Source: Nymphaea colorata (taxonomy: Eukaryota). Taken from it: a stretch of DNA of 64,000 bases. Shown here piece by piece: positions 13,269 to 27,739 of this stretch (positions within the stretch are counted from its first letter, which is position 1; each line of letters begins with the position of its first letter). The position numbers and the translations under genes were made by a program. Below the pieces are notes generated by a model. It ran no database searches and was not told the origin of the DNA. It saw only the letters and a list, made by a program, of their open reading frames with translations. The DNA lies in NCBI RefSeq assembly GCF_008831285.2, contig NC_045138.2:5766001-5830000 (forward strand), given 5' to 3'.

Positions 13269-14739
13269 TTAGCCATAAATTTTCAGCATCACTAATTAGT
13301 TTTTCAGATTTTCAAGCCTTAAGAAATCTTATATGAATATTTGGAATAAACCCGTGCAAGAGTGGGTTTTTAAGTTTTGAAATACACGATATTAACATTT
13401 TAGAAGAAAGATATGAAATTGACGTTTGCAATGTTACTTCGAACTTTTCATGTGATTACGTTGGAGAGGATCGTTTTCCTTTTCAAGTGAGTTCTGCGTG
13501 ATTAAGTCTTCTGTAAACGTAGAAGTTTTTTTTTCATAATTAATTTAAAAGAAAAACCATTTCACCCATCACTCATTTTTGAGTGAATAGAAAGAGTATT
13601 TTATTCTAGAGTAGTCCCGTTTCAATAATCACCCCATCTCTCTTAATAACTATGAATATAAGTTCATTCGCCTTTTCACCTGTACTTTTCTAAAACAGTA
13701 ACTTTTCACATGCTTTTTAACATGGTTGTATCTGTTTGATCGCTGACATGCGACTGTATATCAAACTGTAATTTTCCCCCCTAGTTTTACCTCTTTAAAT
13801 TAAAACAACTTAAAGTCTTTTAATTCGATTAAAATTGAAAAGTTTTAGGCAAAAAGCAAATCAACACTTAATTTTTAAGCACCCAATTGTAAGAAAAATC
13901 TAGAGAAATTTATAAAATTACCCTTCTTAAACATAATTGTCTTTAAAAGAAAACAAAACAAAATGCGATAATTTTGATTAGAAGAATAATTTTCTAAAAT
14001 TATTCAACCACTCCATCCTTTTCCATTTTTGAGAATTTCTCACGTTAGCTCTAAAAAATTAAGCAAGTGATGATTTGTTATTTGCTAAACAATAAGCATA
14101 TTCTTTTCAGAAACTTTCAAATTAAAAAAAAAAAAGATAAAAAAACTTGTACCAGTCACATAAGAACCCCTTCAACTCATGGTCCAGTGCCTCTAACACA
14201 ACTAGGGGCCTTTCTCATCACTTGACGAAATGATTGGAGAGGGGGGAAGTGAGCTCTACCCAACACTTTCCACAAGAGCTGGTTTCTCGTGGAAATAATG
14301 ACCATATGGCTCTGTTTCTGCTGCGAAACAAACGCCAATGGAGCTTTTCCATGGAAAATAGAGCAACACAGGCAGCGGCAAGTCAAAACTCAGAAGGGCA
14401 GGCTTGCAATTTGGAGATTAACCATCAATAAAAGAATACAGGAAAATAAAGGGGAAGAGTTGCGTCAGTGCCTGTCTTTGCCTGGTCTTTGTTTCTCTCT
14501 CTCTCTCTCTCTCTCTACACCCGAAACGGATGATGGGGCAAACAACCCAAGATCCCAACTCACCATCTCTGCCCTCTAGATGGGGACAACCCTTCCTGAT
14601 CTTTGCTAGCCGTTAAGGGATTCAATTTCAACTTGGTCTCTCTTCCTCCTCCCCTCCCCACAAGGGGGTAAAATAAAGAAGGGGGAAAAATTTATGAAAT
14701 CTCTCTTTCTGCTGTGTACCAACACTAGGGCTTCTCACT

Positions 14740-17700
14740 ATGTCTGCTTCCCCTTCTCTGCCTCCTCCTGGTAACTTCTATGCCCCACTGCAGAATAGAA
14801 GTTTTGTTGGGTTTTTATGTGGCTTTTTTTTTTTTTAGTGTAGTGCTGTTGACTAGGCCTTTTCTTGCCTTTGATTCGGTGTCTGTTCCTTTCTTGTGCG
14901 AATTCTGTTGTTGGGTATTCACGCTTTTGCTGATTTTTAGGCTTTTCGAGCCATATTTTTGGTTTTATTGCCTTACCTCCGTTATAATTAGCTGATTTCT
15001 GTTGTTCGGATTGAGTTCATGACGGATGCCTGTTCTTGGGCTTGGTTCGGATATGTTGGTGGCCTTCGTTCTTGTATTTTAGTTTCGCGCATTTTGGTCT
15101 TGCTGGTATAGTTTTCGTGCTAAGTGTATTGGTATCGTGAGTAGAGTTTGTTCTCTCCCTATTGGTGGTTTTCGCCGCTTTTTATGCTCTCTCTCTCTCT
15201 CAGGGTTTCGACTTTCGTCTGATTTGGTCTTATATGAAGGTTTTGGTAAAAATTTCCGCTTTTGTGAATGTATTTCGTTGGGTATGCCTCCGAGTGCTTT
15301 CCTTTTGGCCTTTCAGTCTGGACTATTTCTGGCATTTCATCTAGTTCTCTAGAGTCTCTTTTTGGGTTTCTCTTGTTTATGCTTTGTGCAGTTCTGTTCT
15401 AACTGTGCTTCCTTTTCCTTGGGACTGATACCGCCAGCGAAAAAGATCAAGCTCAAGAGAAAGAGAGAGAACAACCTAGGCCTGCACAGAGGAGCTTCTG
15501 AGGAGGATGAGGCACAGCTTGCCAATATGCAAGACGGAGACGGTTCTCCGGTAACCAACTCGGATTTTTGGACAGACCCTCCTCCTGAGGTCTTTCCAAA
15601 CAAGGGAATACGAATCTCAGACTTCCCTGCGGCGGTGAAGCAGAAAGTTGGGCGTCCGCATTCTTCCGTTTTCACCCTTGTAGCAGCGGAGCAGGCCGTC
15701 TTTTCTTCGGACCCCGTCGACGAGAGATCAAGAGTCCATTCTTTCTTTCTTGAGAACATTTCTCATGGGCAGCTCCAAGTATTGTCTAGGATTCCTGCTG
15801 ATTGTCCTGCTCTTGTTCCGCTGGACCAGGAGAAGCCGGAGTCATCGTCATTTCTCTGCACTCCGCCTAGTATAGCAGAAGGAAGAGGCGCCCTTAGATG
15901 GTTTAAGGTTCCCGATCAAGCGGGCGCACTCGTACACATATTGCCCACTCACGCTGGTTGGTATCTCCTGTATGCTTTTGAATTGAAATTGTTTGTACTT
16001 TCATGTAAGAACCTCTCAGCTTCCAGATTATTCCATGGGTTGGCTGAATTCATTAGTTTTAACTTTTAAGTTCTCTTTGTTGATTTCTCTGTGGAAAATG
16101 TGGTTGAGCTTAATATGACTAAGACTGCTGTTTTAGTGTTGCTGTGGTTCTTGCTCATTTTTTATCAATTTTTCTGGGGCATTGGTGCAGATTGGTTTTC
16201 CTCCACTAAGATACATAGACTAGAAAGGCAAGTAGTTCCAAGATACTTTACAGGAAAATCAAATGATTGCACACCAGAAAAATATATGGACATAAGGAAT
16301 AAGATCGTCACAAAGTATTTAGAGTGTCCTGAGAAGATGCTTACTATCAGTGATTGCCAGGGGTTGGCTGATGTCAATATTCAAGAGCTGAGCAGGATTG
16401 TACGATTTTTAGACCAATGGGGAATCATTAATTACAGGGCAGCAAGTACACACAGGAGTAACTATTCTGGTTCTGGTGTTGTTCCAACTATCCAGGAGGA
16501 TTATAATGGAGAACTCCATCTTCCATCTGCCTACCTAAGGTCCATTGACAGCCTTATTTACTTTGACAAACCAAGGAGCAGGCTCAGAGAAGAAGATGTT
16601 TCTTCACTTTCCGTAGGTTCTGTTGAAGTCATGCCTGATTTGGACAAGAGAATCCGGGAACGACTGACTGAAAACCGTTGCCACCACTGTGCACAGCCTT
16701 GTTCTTGCATCTATTACCAGTCACAGAAAGAGGTGAGTTTTCCACTGGAATCCTATTTTTATTTTATGCCTTTAAAAGATGCTTTTCTTTTTCCCTCTAA
16801 AGGTTATGTTTATTTAATTGTACGAGATTAATTATTTCACATTTAATTTGGCTATCTGTGGTGGATGCTGTTAAGTCAGAATATACTAATAATTCTCCAC
16901 CGTCTCAAGTTCCTCTTTAGAGCAGACATCTGTTAGTTATTCTCATTAAGGCTTCAGTTGGCTTTGTAACTTAGAGATAGTCTGGTAGCCTTGTTTTGAG
17001 TGTTATATAATTCCTGTTTTTGTTGTGTCCAGTGCCTATCATTACTCTCAAAATCTGTATCACTCTCTGCACACCTATGCTTTCCCTTCAAGACTGGTTC
17101 AATAGCATACATATGAACTCTCAAAATAGAGTACCTGTGGTCTCACTTTAGGAGCATGACCAGTTAGCATTTAGGTAATGATTAGCACCTTAAATATTTA
17201 GCATGTGTTTTTCTGTATATTCCCCTTAGATTTATCCCCTTATTTTATGTGCATGTGTAGTGTTGGGATAAATTAGTCATTGAGGTGTTTGCTTCTAACA
17301 CTTAGTTGGTTATCGAGGTAGTCCTCTGCTGGTTGCATGTACATTTATTTGGATAGTGTATATGTTGGCTTGGACTTTTAGAGCCTATTATGATGCTTCA
17401 TTGAGTCATACTTTATTAGGAAAAGGGGGTCATATTTTTGTTATCTTTTTTATACACTATTTTATAGTATATTGTTTCATGGATATTCTGCTCACTAAAG
17501 ATCTTGGTTGAGGTAAGCTTAATGTTGATTTCCAACAAGAGCTTTGTCCCTGGCTAGAGGTTAGACTTAGGAACTTCAAATTGAGAGAGTTCAACACATG
17601 GGGTGCATATTTGCTGCCATGCTCTGGTATGGGTCTTGCTAGCCCCCGATCTTTTTGGCATTGTTGCATCATAGTGTTGCTTTTCTATTTTTGATATTTC

Positions 17701-20700
17701 ACATGCTCTATTTGGATGGTGACCACTTCTTGGACACTGGTGGATCATGCTGGCTTTCTCATGCACTATCCGTGGTAACTTAGCTATTTCTCATTCGTTG
17801 CAAATTCATTTGAACGTCTTAGTTTTAGTTACATCTTGGGTTAGATCTCCATTATTTTGTTCTGGATGCTCCAAAGTTTTACTTATATAAGAAGCTGTGA
17901 TGCTTACTTTATCTTAAATTTCTAACTTTTTGTGATGCTAACTATATGTCTGGGCCCATTGTTTTCCTATGAGAAAGCTTGCCACAGCTTTCATATTTTT
18001 GAAAGTGGTGGTCACCTGCCAAAAGTTACTGTTTTCAGTTAATCTTGTTTTACTAACAGGCTTCCTTTGTTGTCACACTCCTCAAGGATTTAAAATGTTG
18101 GTTTTCTCTTTATCATATTGGCTCCTCGTAGACAAACATAATGAATCTGCACCAGATTGCTTTCAGGTGGTTTCTTCATGATTTAAGAATTATAGTTTTA
18201 TTTATTTGGATTCTCTCTTCCCTCTTCTTTTGAGACAAAGCTTGCTCCTCACATTTTGGAAAGTGGTGGTTGTCTTGGTACCTGTTTCCTGCAAAAGGTT
18301 AACTGTTTTAACTTTTTAGTTAATATTGTTTTAGCAGGAGGCTTGCTTTGTTTTTGCACTCCGTAAGGATTTGAAATGTTTGTTTGCTCTTTGATCATTA
18401 GTTGGCTTCTCATAGACAAACTTAACGAATCTGCACCAGATTGCTTTCTGATGGTTCCGTTGGCATGATTTAGGAATTATAACTTTTGTTTTGGATTCTC
18501 TCACTCTCTCTCTCTTTTCCTATGATACAAAGGTTGCCATATTTGTCACATTTAGAGGATTGGTAGTCATGTTCATATCTGTTCCCTGCCAAAGGTTAGC
18601 TATTTTCAGCTAATCTTTGTTAATAGTGGGCTTGCATTGCTTTCATACTTCTCAAGGATTTAAAATGCTGGTTTTCACTTTAATGATTGATTGGGTCCTC
18701 ACAGACAAGCATACTGAATCTGCACTATATCGCCTTTTGAGGGTTCCTTTAGTGGTTCTCTCTCTCTCTATGAGAAAAGGCTTGCCATATCTGTCACTTT
18801 TGGAAATGGTGGTCATGCTGATAATCTGTTCCCTGCCAAAGGTCAACTGTTTTCAGTCAATTTATAGCAAGCTTGCTTTCTTTGACTCTTCAAGTATTTA
18901 AAATGTTTGTTTGCTCCTTGATCCTTGATTCACTCCTCATAAACAAGCACAATCTATCCCCATCAGATTGCTGCCGATTGTTCCTTTAGCATGATCTAAA
19001 ATTATAGCTTTTTATTTGGATTCATTTAATTGACCTACTTAAAGTTTACAATGCTGACATAGTATGTCTTTTGTCAACAGGCTGAAGCGATCCTTTGTTC
19101 AGATTGCTTTCATGATGGGAAATTCATTGTTGGCAATTCAAGTATAGATTTTTTGAAGGTGGATGCAGTAAAAGATTCAAATGATCTTGATAGTGACACC
19201 TGGACTGACCATGAGACACTTTTGTTGCTTGAGGCATTAGAAATTCACAATGACAATTGGAATGAAATTGCAGAGCATGTTGGGACAAAATCAAAAGCAC
19301 AGTGTATTCTTCAGTTTGTTCGTCTGCCTATGGAGGATTGTTTTCTCGAAAGTATTGAGTTTCCTACCTCAGTGTTTTCGTCTGATATTGCCAAAGAAGG
19401 AAGCAGAACTAAGTTTCCAATGGCCAATGGAGACTCTTTAGGTACTTGGATGTTTTACTTTTTTCTGATTTAATTTATTAAATGACGAGGTCATCCTTAC
19501 TGAATCCTTCACATTTCATGTCCATGACCATTTCTTGTGTGTGAATGGGGTTTCAGCTTGTCACCACGAGGAGGTCGATTCTGAAGGTCGTCTCCCTTTT
19601 GCAAATTCTGGCAATCCACTTATGTCTGTGGTAGGTCTTTATGTCCCTTCTTGTGTCTGTCATCTATATTTTCTGCCAACAGAATTTATCTTAGACAAAA
19701 ACTTGAACCAGGGTATATATTATTTTATTGTTCTAAGTTGTTTTTTTTTTCTTACTTTTTTTTATAAGAAGGAATTTGTGCAGTAAGAAGCTAACTTTTT
19801 CTTCCTTCAACATCATTGTTTTCCTGAATTAGATCCTTATCTGACAACATCAGTCTATAATGAAGTTAGGCGATTAAGCTATTATCCAACATGGAACAGT
19901 TATAGAAAAAAATTGAAGTAGAGGACTATGCTTCCAAAGTTTTTAATGTCAAAACTTCAAGGATTAAAAATAATAAATGGCAAAATTTAATGAACCTATG
20001 AGTCATTTGACAACACTAGTCTTGCGGAAAGTGAGTTATTGTACATCTGTCTGTAGATTGTGGACATACTTGTGGTTGATTGCATCAACATGGTTTACAT
20101 TGAATTTGGCTAGTCAGAATTTGCATCAGGACCTCCTTAAGTTGCCGTTGTGTATGTAGCAGGTGGGCTACCACTTTGACTGGTCTTTACCAATTCATTG
20201 TTAGCAACATGAATCTCACAGTGGAAAAAGGAAAATAAAATATTCATTTATAGGCTGTGCGATTATCTATTTGTGATGACCAAATATCCTATTTGATAGC
20301 TCAATGTTTTCATGCAACATGTTTGTGCTAGATAAAGGAGGTGAATGTTCAAAACTTCAATGATCTAGATCTTTAACGACAAAAAGGCTTCATAAATATA
20401 TGTTGAAACCTCCCTCTTCTTTCTTCAACAAACACCTGCATTTTAGGACGACAATTCCAAGATGTAAAATAGGAAAATATGTTGCTTAAATTGGTTTTGA
20501 TAAGAGATATGAAGAAAGGAGATAACAACATACAACAGAAACAAAAAGAAGTACTAGATAAATGCATTACAGAGAAATCGAGAACAATAGTTATTCATCT
20601 CAGATATCGTCAGATATGCTGCTTCTTGTTGTTTTTATCCTTTTCATCTTGGGACAGTCCTTTTTCTCTGCATTGAGGCTCTGTATGCAGGAGCTTGATC

Positions 20701-23700
20701 AGTTCCTATTGTCTTGATGGTTGACATGATTGTACTTTCTAGAGGTCCAACCAGAAAATGAACTGTCTGGTCTAACAGATCCCACCCATTGCATAACCAG
20801 CTTCAGTTTACGACCCTAAAAGGATGTGAACCAGAATACAAGGTGGATCCAAGTATGTATTGCAATCAATTTTAGATATGAGACCATTTTGAGGCCATGT
20901 TTTGTTCAGAATTTTGCAATCTACCGTCTTAAATGAGCTTACAGTTTTTGGACCTTGGCTTGCTAGTTAAATATTTTGATGCCAATTGTTGGTAGACATC
21001 AAATCTTGATATCCAAAGTAATTTACCTGTGAGGCTGTGAAGAAGATGAGACAAAGCAGAAAATGGGAATTCTTTCACAATGTAATGGCAGCTTCAAGAT
21101 TGTCAAACATTGCTTATTGAGTGTCTAGACTAGAGCCTATCTTTGGTCAGACATTTGTAAATATATCCACAATCTGCTGCTTAATATGAAAAAACTCCAG
21201 TTCAGTCTTTTTCTCATCTAGCTTTTGCTTCGCACAATGTCGGTCAATTTAAATATGTTTGGCTCGATCGTGGTTGGTAGGATTAAAAGGGATGTTTTAT
21301 GACACTCCGGCTATCAACAATGTCACAAATACCATGAGATTTTTTAAAATCTCACTATATTTACAAGAAAATCAAAACGAAAAATAGGGAAAAAGTTGCG
21401 AGATTTTGAAAATCTTGACAAAATGAAAATCTAGCAATTTTATAGCGATTTTTCCTAGATTTTAACATTTTAATATTTTTCTATAATTTTTAATGTTTTT
21501 TATGATTCTTATATTTTTTTTAATCTTTTCAAAAATTGTCAAGATTTTCCGGAGAACAACTTTGCTGAAAATATCTGGGAAAAATCTCGTGGACTTTTTC
21601 ACGAGAACAATATTTGTGACACTGGAATTAGGCAACGAGGCACATGATGAAATCCACTCTCCAACTTCAGTTAAGAAGTGGCGGATCCTTGATTTTAATG
21701 GTTGCAGCAACCATATGAACCTATATTGAGCCACTATGGTAGATCTGGCCGTAGCTTTATACTTCTTGCTTCTCCATGACGCCAAATCTTTCCTTTCGAG
21801 CACACTCTATTTTGAGATGGATCACCTCTCATCAGGATCTTTCACCCAATTTGCATCACTGTAAACCGCTAGTTCATGCTTCCCTCTTTTGGTCAATCTT
21901 CACCTATAAACCAGACCATCTTCAAGTGCCCTTTTAGATATCAAGGGATATACTCGCTTCCATATGTCTAGTCTGTGGTTTATCCATAAATTGAAAGACT
22001 TGATTAACTAAATACCCAACATTTGGACATGTGAAAGTCAAGTATTGCAATATTCCAACAATGCTACGATGTTCAGTAGAATTGTTATAGAAATCTTCAT
22101 CATGGGTTGCCAACTTGTGATTAGAATGCTGGTAGTAGCTAAGGGTTTGCAATCCTTCATGATTGGTCTACTCATAATGCTAAGGAGGTATTTGTGCTAA
22201 GTTTTGTGTTGTACGATCTTGTTCTACCTTTACTCCATGGAATGGCACAGTTCTCCAAGGCCTTTCATCTTAAATTGCTTGCCCAACAACACCTTTACCT
22301 CGCTGATGGGATTATTGAACTGCCTGTAATAACAATGTCATCCACAATCTACATATAAGAACAAGGTAATGATACTTGATTGTTTCTAAATGAACAGGGA
22401 GTGGTCTAGATGTCCATGATTCTGAAGTTCAGAGGAGAAATTGTGAGACAATGACCATGAAGCTTGCATCAGCCCCATTATTGCTCTCTTTGATCTGTAT
22501 TCATATTCCCTTGAATCTCTTCATCTGTACCCATGCAGTTGTTCCATGTAAACTCTCTCCTTCAAGTCTATGTAAACAAGCGTTCTTGACGTCGAGTTGC
22601 CTAAGGGACCATTTGCATTAAACAACAATGGTTAGAAACTTAGAATAATCTGAACGGTCTGCCATCTTACAATTGGACTGTATGTCTTATGATTCATAAC
22701 AGTCTTGTCCAACATGCTGGGTGAAATCCTTGGCAATAAGTCGTGCTTTGTATTTCTCAATATTCCCATCAGGTTTATGTTTGACTTTGTATGCCCACTT
22801 GCATTCCACAACATTCTTATTGGGTCAAGGCACAACCTCTGAAGTGTCACATTCATGAAGAGTTTCGATCTCATCATTTGTGGCTTCAACCCATTTTGTG
22901 GCATGGACAGTTTGATGAAAAGGATAGGCTTGTCCTCCTTGTTTAAACTTGCTAAAAACACTTGCAACCCCATGGTGTTCAATTAGATGATGAGCTTCTA
23001 TAGGACATTGGAGATTTGATACTTGAGATGGAGAAGAGAGAATGGTTGTTCCTTCCCTCGACGAATGATCTACATGATGTGGAAGAATCTCATGGAGGGA
23101 GGAGTTTTTCAACATGAAGGTGTTGTTTCTGTTGCTGCAAGCAATTTGGAGGTCAACGACCATCAGGAGTAGCAAAAAGTTTGTGCTAGGCCATGGATAA
23201 TACATCTCAATAGCACATGGTGATGCTTGATAATTAATTGTCAATCTAGTCTTTTGTTGTCTTGCGTTTTTTATCTTTGATTGGCAATGCCATTAGTACT
23301 ATGATTTGTCAATGTTTTCCTGCGGTATGATTGGATTTGGTACTTCATTAGTGGATGGAAGTGCATGTTGCATCACAGAGTTATTTTCCCTGAATTGTAG
23401 CTGATTAGCTGTATCTTTATTTTGATCAGATATATTTTATGTCTTCATCTAACTGATAAAATTTTCTAGGTTTCCTTCTTGGCCACTGCAATGGGACCAC
23501 GAGTTGCAGCCGCTTGTGCACATTCAGCACTTGCATTATTATCTAGAGTAGGGAGCAATTCCATATCTGCCGGTAATCTGTCACAGTTGGAGGGTGCTTC
23601 TCAAGGTGATAGGTGGGATGCAGTTTCTTTTCTGGCAAACTTTTAAAGTTTTGTAATAGCTTTAGTTTTCTAGTGGCATTACATGCTGATGCTGTATGCT

Positions 23701-25141
23701 TATTAAACTTTATATCTTTGTCAGGGCTTTTGGTTGTCTTTCCTTCTGCTATGTTTTTCTTTTTGATGTTTTTTTTGATTGCTATACTTTTCTGTTTCTT
23801 TGTACTATATTTGGACATAAACTGAATGATTGAAATATTGAGATTTTTTTTTCTATGAAGAGGAAATTCAGAAAATATGCATCAAGATGGCATGCAGGGA
23901 AGCTTAGGACATCATAAAGGTTGGTCAATGTTAATAGTTTTTCAATTGATTCTGCTAATTGTACTTAATCTTAGTCTATGGGTGCAGAGGAATCTCAAAC
24001 TGAGACCAAAGAATCTGTGGAGCGGTTGTCACCTGAAATAGTGAAAGCTGCTGCCAGAGCTGGACTATCTGCTGCAGCAATGAAAGCAAAACTGTTTGCT
24101 GATCACGAAGAACGTGATATCCAGCGAATGAGTGCGACTATTATCAACCATCAGGTTTGCTGCCTATGATTCTTTAAAATGGTTTGCATATTCTATGTTT
24201 TATGTTTCAGAAAAATCAAAGATGATATTTATTCTGCTTTTGTTGGATCCGTCAAAAGCACCTACGTGGCTACGTCCTTTCCATAAATTGAGAAATAAAT
24301 GAATCATGTACTGTTGTTTTCTCTCTAGCTATGCACCAAAATTATATGGACTCTGCATCCTGATGAGGTTTGATGATGTGCATTCACCATTGTAAGGGAA
24401 CTTGTTAATATGGATCCTGCAATGGATGAGAGAGAGAGCTTCCTGTTTTGAATTCCATATGGCTTTTTGGTTATCTTTAACAATGAGAGGATCTTTAACA
24501 ATGAGAGGAAAAAGAGAGTAAAGATTACTTGCGGCAGCAATTGAAGAGTGGTCCTTGATGAGTCTCTACATATGATGTTAGAGAGATAAAAAAGAGCAGA
24601 GAATTTAGGAGGTGAAGGATGAGTTACAAAATTATCTAAAAAATTTATTTATGCTAAGCCAAAAGGTGAAGTTAACTCCAGTTTCCACTGCCACTTAATA
24701 ACTCTCCCTTTCATTGAGGAACTTAGGACAAAGGACATCAGTTGTTGTCAACGTGCTCACAGCTGCAACATAATCAGTAACTCATGGGTTCCTTTTCTTT
24801 AAAGTGCTCCCAGAAGAGTCTAAGATATATTATGTACACAAGTTGGAGGTTTGTATATCTTTTCTTGTACAAAGTGACAACGATATGAATATGTTCAATA
24901 CACATGAAATATTAGATCATTTTGTTAAAAGTGCTAAGTGGAGCTTAGGCAATAAGTAGAACTTAAAGCTTGCGGGTGGTGTTGGCTGAATTAGGCACTT
25001 CAAGTTCTGCAAGAAAAGAAAAACGTAGAATCTAATGAAATGCAACAATAATGCATTATATCAAGTCACGCCTATAAAGTATAAACACATAAAAATTGTA
25101 AAAGATAACATGGAATAACAAATACATACAGAATAACCTTA

Positions 25142-25172
<31 letters not shown>

Positions 25173-27270
25173 CATAGAAATAGTTAGATGAATCTGGAAT
25201 CTAGGCAGGGACTAGGTGCCTTGGGGTTGCCATCCCCTCAAAGACAAACCAATAAAGTGCACGATGGCACAAACACATTAAACATTTCATAACATGATAA
25301 TAAACATAATTGAAAGTTTGAAAGATCAAATTTAATGATATCGAACAACTCAAGTTTACAGGTTATATACAAAAAAAAAAAGGAAGCTTAAAAGTAAATA
25401 TCAATGTTTCCAAAGCGAAATCTCTAATTTTGATTTCTAGAAGTAAAATCCTCAAAACCTAGTTACTAATCTACTTAGAAAAAAAAAGGAACATAAACCC
25501 TTGATATAATCGTAGTTCATGTTAACATTGCTTGCTGTAAAATTCTCTTTTACTACAATTCTAGTGCACAAGAAAAGTGTTAAGAAGATGATGCACATGT
25601 TTCCAAGCTCAAACTTAAATATTCTAAATATAATAGTATATGAATTATGACAATAAGTGCACATGCATATGATATTCTCTAATGCGACATCACTTGCAAG
25701 TTGCAACAGAGAAAACATGAAAAGCTGAAAAAGAAAAAGAAAATGAAAAAAATATCTCAAAAAACTAAAGAAAAAGAAATAACAAAAATTTAGGTTGTCA
25801 ATGAAAAGAGTCTAGGCTATTTGCTTAGGACAGCTTGGGCATCCAAGTCAGTTTGAAAGTCACATAGAAACAGCTAACTAGGGAATTAGCCGAGCATGGG
25901 AGTCTCGGCGCAAGCCCACCAGATTATTGACAAACAAGATGGCCAACGTGTTATCCTTTGCAAGACCATTGGTTGAGTGACCTCAAGTGCCAATTCGTTG
26001 AAAGCAGCTGGCAGCTGAAGTTCTTTGTATTCTTAAAAGTATCATCTCTTTGTTCATAACAGCTAAGCCACACGGACATTGCAAAGTGACTGCTGCTCCC
26101 ATGTCAACACGACTTGGGTGCGGGTGCGGCTCGGATTCGCACCCAACACAAGTCAACAAGAGTCGGGTGCGGCTGACCACACCCGACCATTTTCTTCCAT
26201 TTTGGACACGCACCCGACTCACGTTTGACTCAAGTCGTACCACGTCAAGCCTATTTTCGTCCTTTTTGATATTTTTTTCTTTTAAAGATTTTAACGTTAA
26301 AAAAAAGGCTAAACATTTTTTTTCTATTTCTGTGTTCTGTCCTGGTTTTGTTGTTTTGTTGTTTTTTGTTTACTTGTTTAATGTTTGTACTTTGTAAGCA
26401 TAATGCTTAATATGTTACATTCATATACACAATACATTATAACTTATAAGTATGTAATCTATGTCACAAGGAGGAGTACCCGTATGGTACCGGTACGACA
26501 CGGGTACCGGTACGGGTACGGGGTTGGGTACACCTTTTTTGTGGGTCAACGCACCGGAGGTCATTTTTGACCTTTTTTAGGTACAGTCAACTTTGACCGA
26601 GTCCAAATGTGTCTTTTTTATATTTTAACGATTTTTAGATTTTAAAGTTTTAAACGATTATAACGTTAAAAGAACTCCAACCTTTATCACATCATATTCG
26701 TATTTTGGTATGCCTTGTCCAACAATGACCTATTCTTCTTTGGATGCATGCCTTCCCACGTTATATACTGAATCAATTATTCACTTATTCTGCATAGACT
26801 GCATATTCATTATTCTGTATTGCATGTTCTATACTGATTGAGAAGAAATCCATTTGATATTGGTGTGAATCGTGTGATATATGTCCAATTACAATGTTAT
26901 CTGCATGACTGCATCAGATATTGTCTTGTACTAATTAGGAACAAAGCTGATGTATTTTGAATGTATTTTGAATGTTAATTATGAGACTGAGGAGAATGAG
27001 AATGTATTTATGAATATGACAATATGTTATTCTGATTGTGTAATTTTTGATATAGATATGTGCATATATGTTATTTTTCTGCATTTTTTGACATATATAT
27101 GTGTGTGTGTACGGCCGTACTCCCGTACCCAAGTTTTTTGAAAATGGTCTGTACCCGTACCAGTATCGGCACCCGTACCCGTACCCATGTGACATAGTAT
27201 GTAATATATAATTTATCCGTAAAGTGTAGAGTGTATAGACTATAGTGTATACTCTAAATTTCTTAATTCT

Positions 27271-27352
<82 letters not shown>

Positions 27353-27706
27353 AAAAAACGTGTTATTTTTGAAAAAAACGCGAAAAAAAAGAAATTCCTA
27401 TTAAAACTTAAAAAACACGTTTTTTGAAAAAAACGTAAAAAATGTGTTTTAATGCACTTTTAACGCGTTTTTTCATTTTTTTATGGCAAACAGTTTTTTT
27501 TTTTCATTTTTCATTTTCTATTTGTTGCAAATCTACTTATCTTTTGATGTTTGTGGTATTATTTTCTCACTTATTTTATTTTTAACCATTTTTAGTTTTT
27601 TTATTTTTATTTTTAAAATACCATTTTTTTCCGTATTTTTCAAACCTACCATATTATACCGAGAAAAATCTCACCGTTTAAAACTCTGAGACGACATTTG
27701 TGATTA

Positions 27707-27739
<33 letters not shown>

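Noticed and set aside
26935..27354. ORFs with YIYIYI/HTHTHT runs (also 42390, 52850, 54884, 61997)
   Set aside because: Translations of microsatellites.
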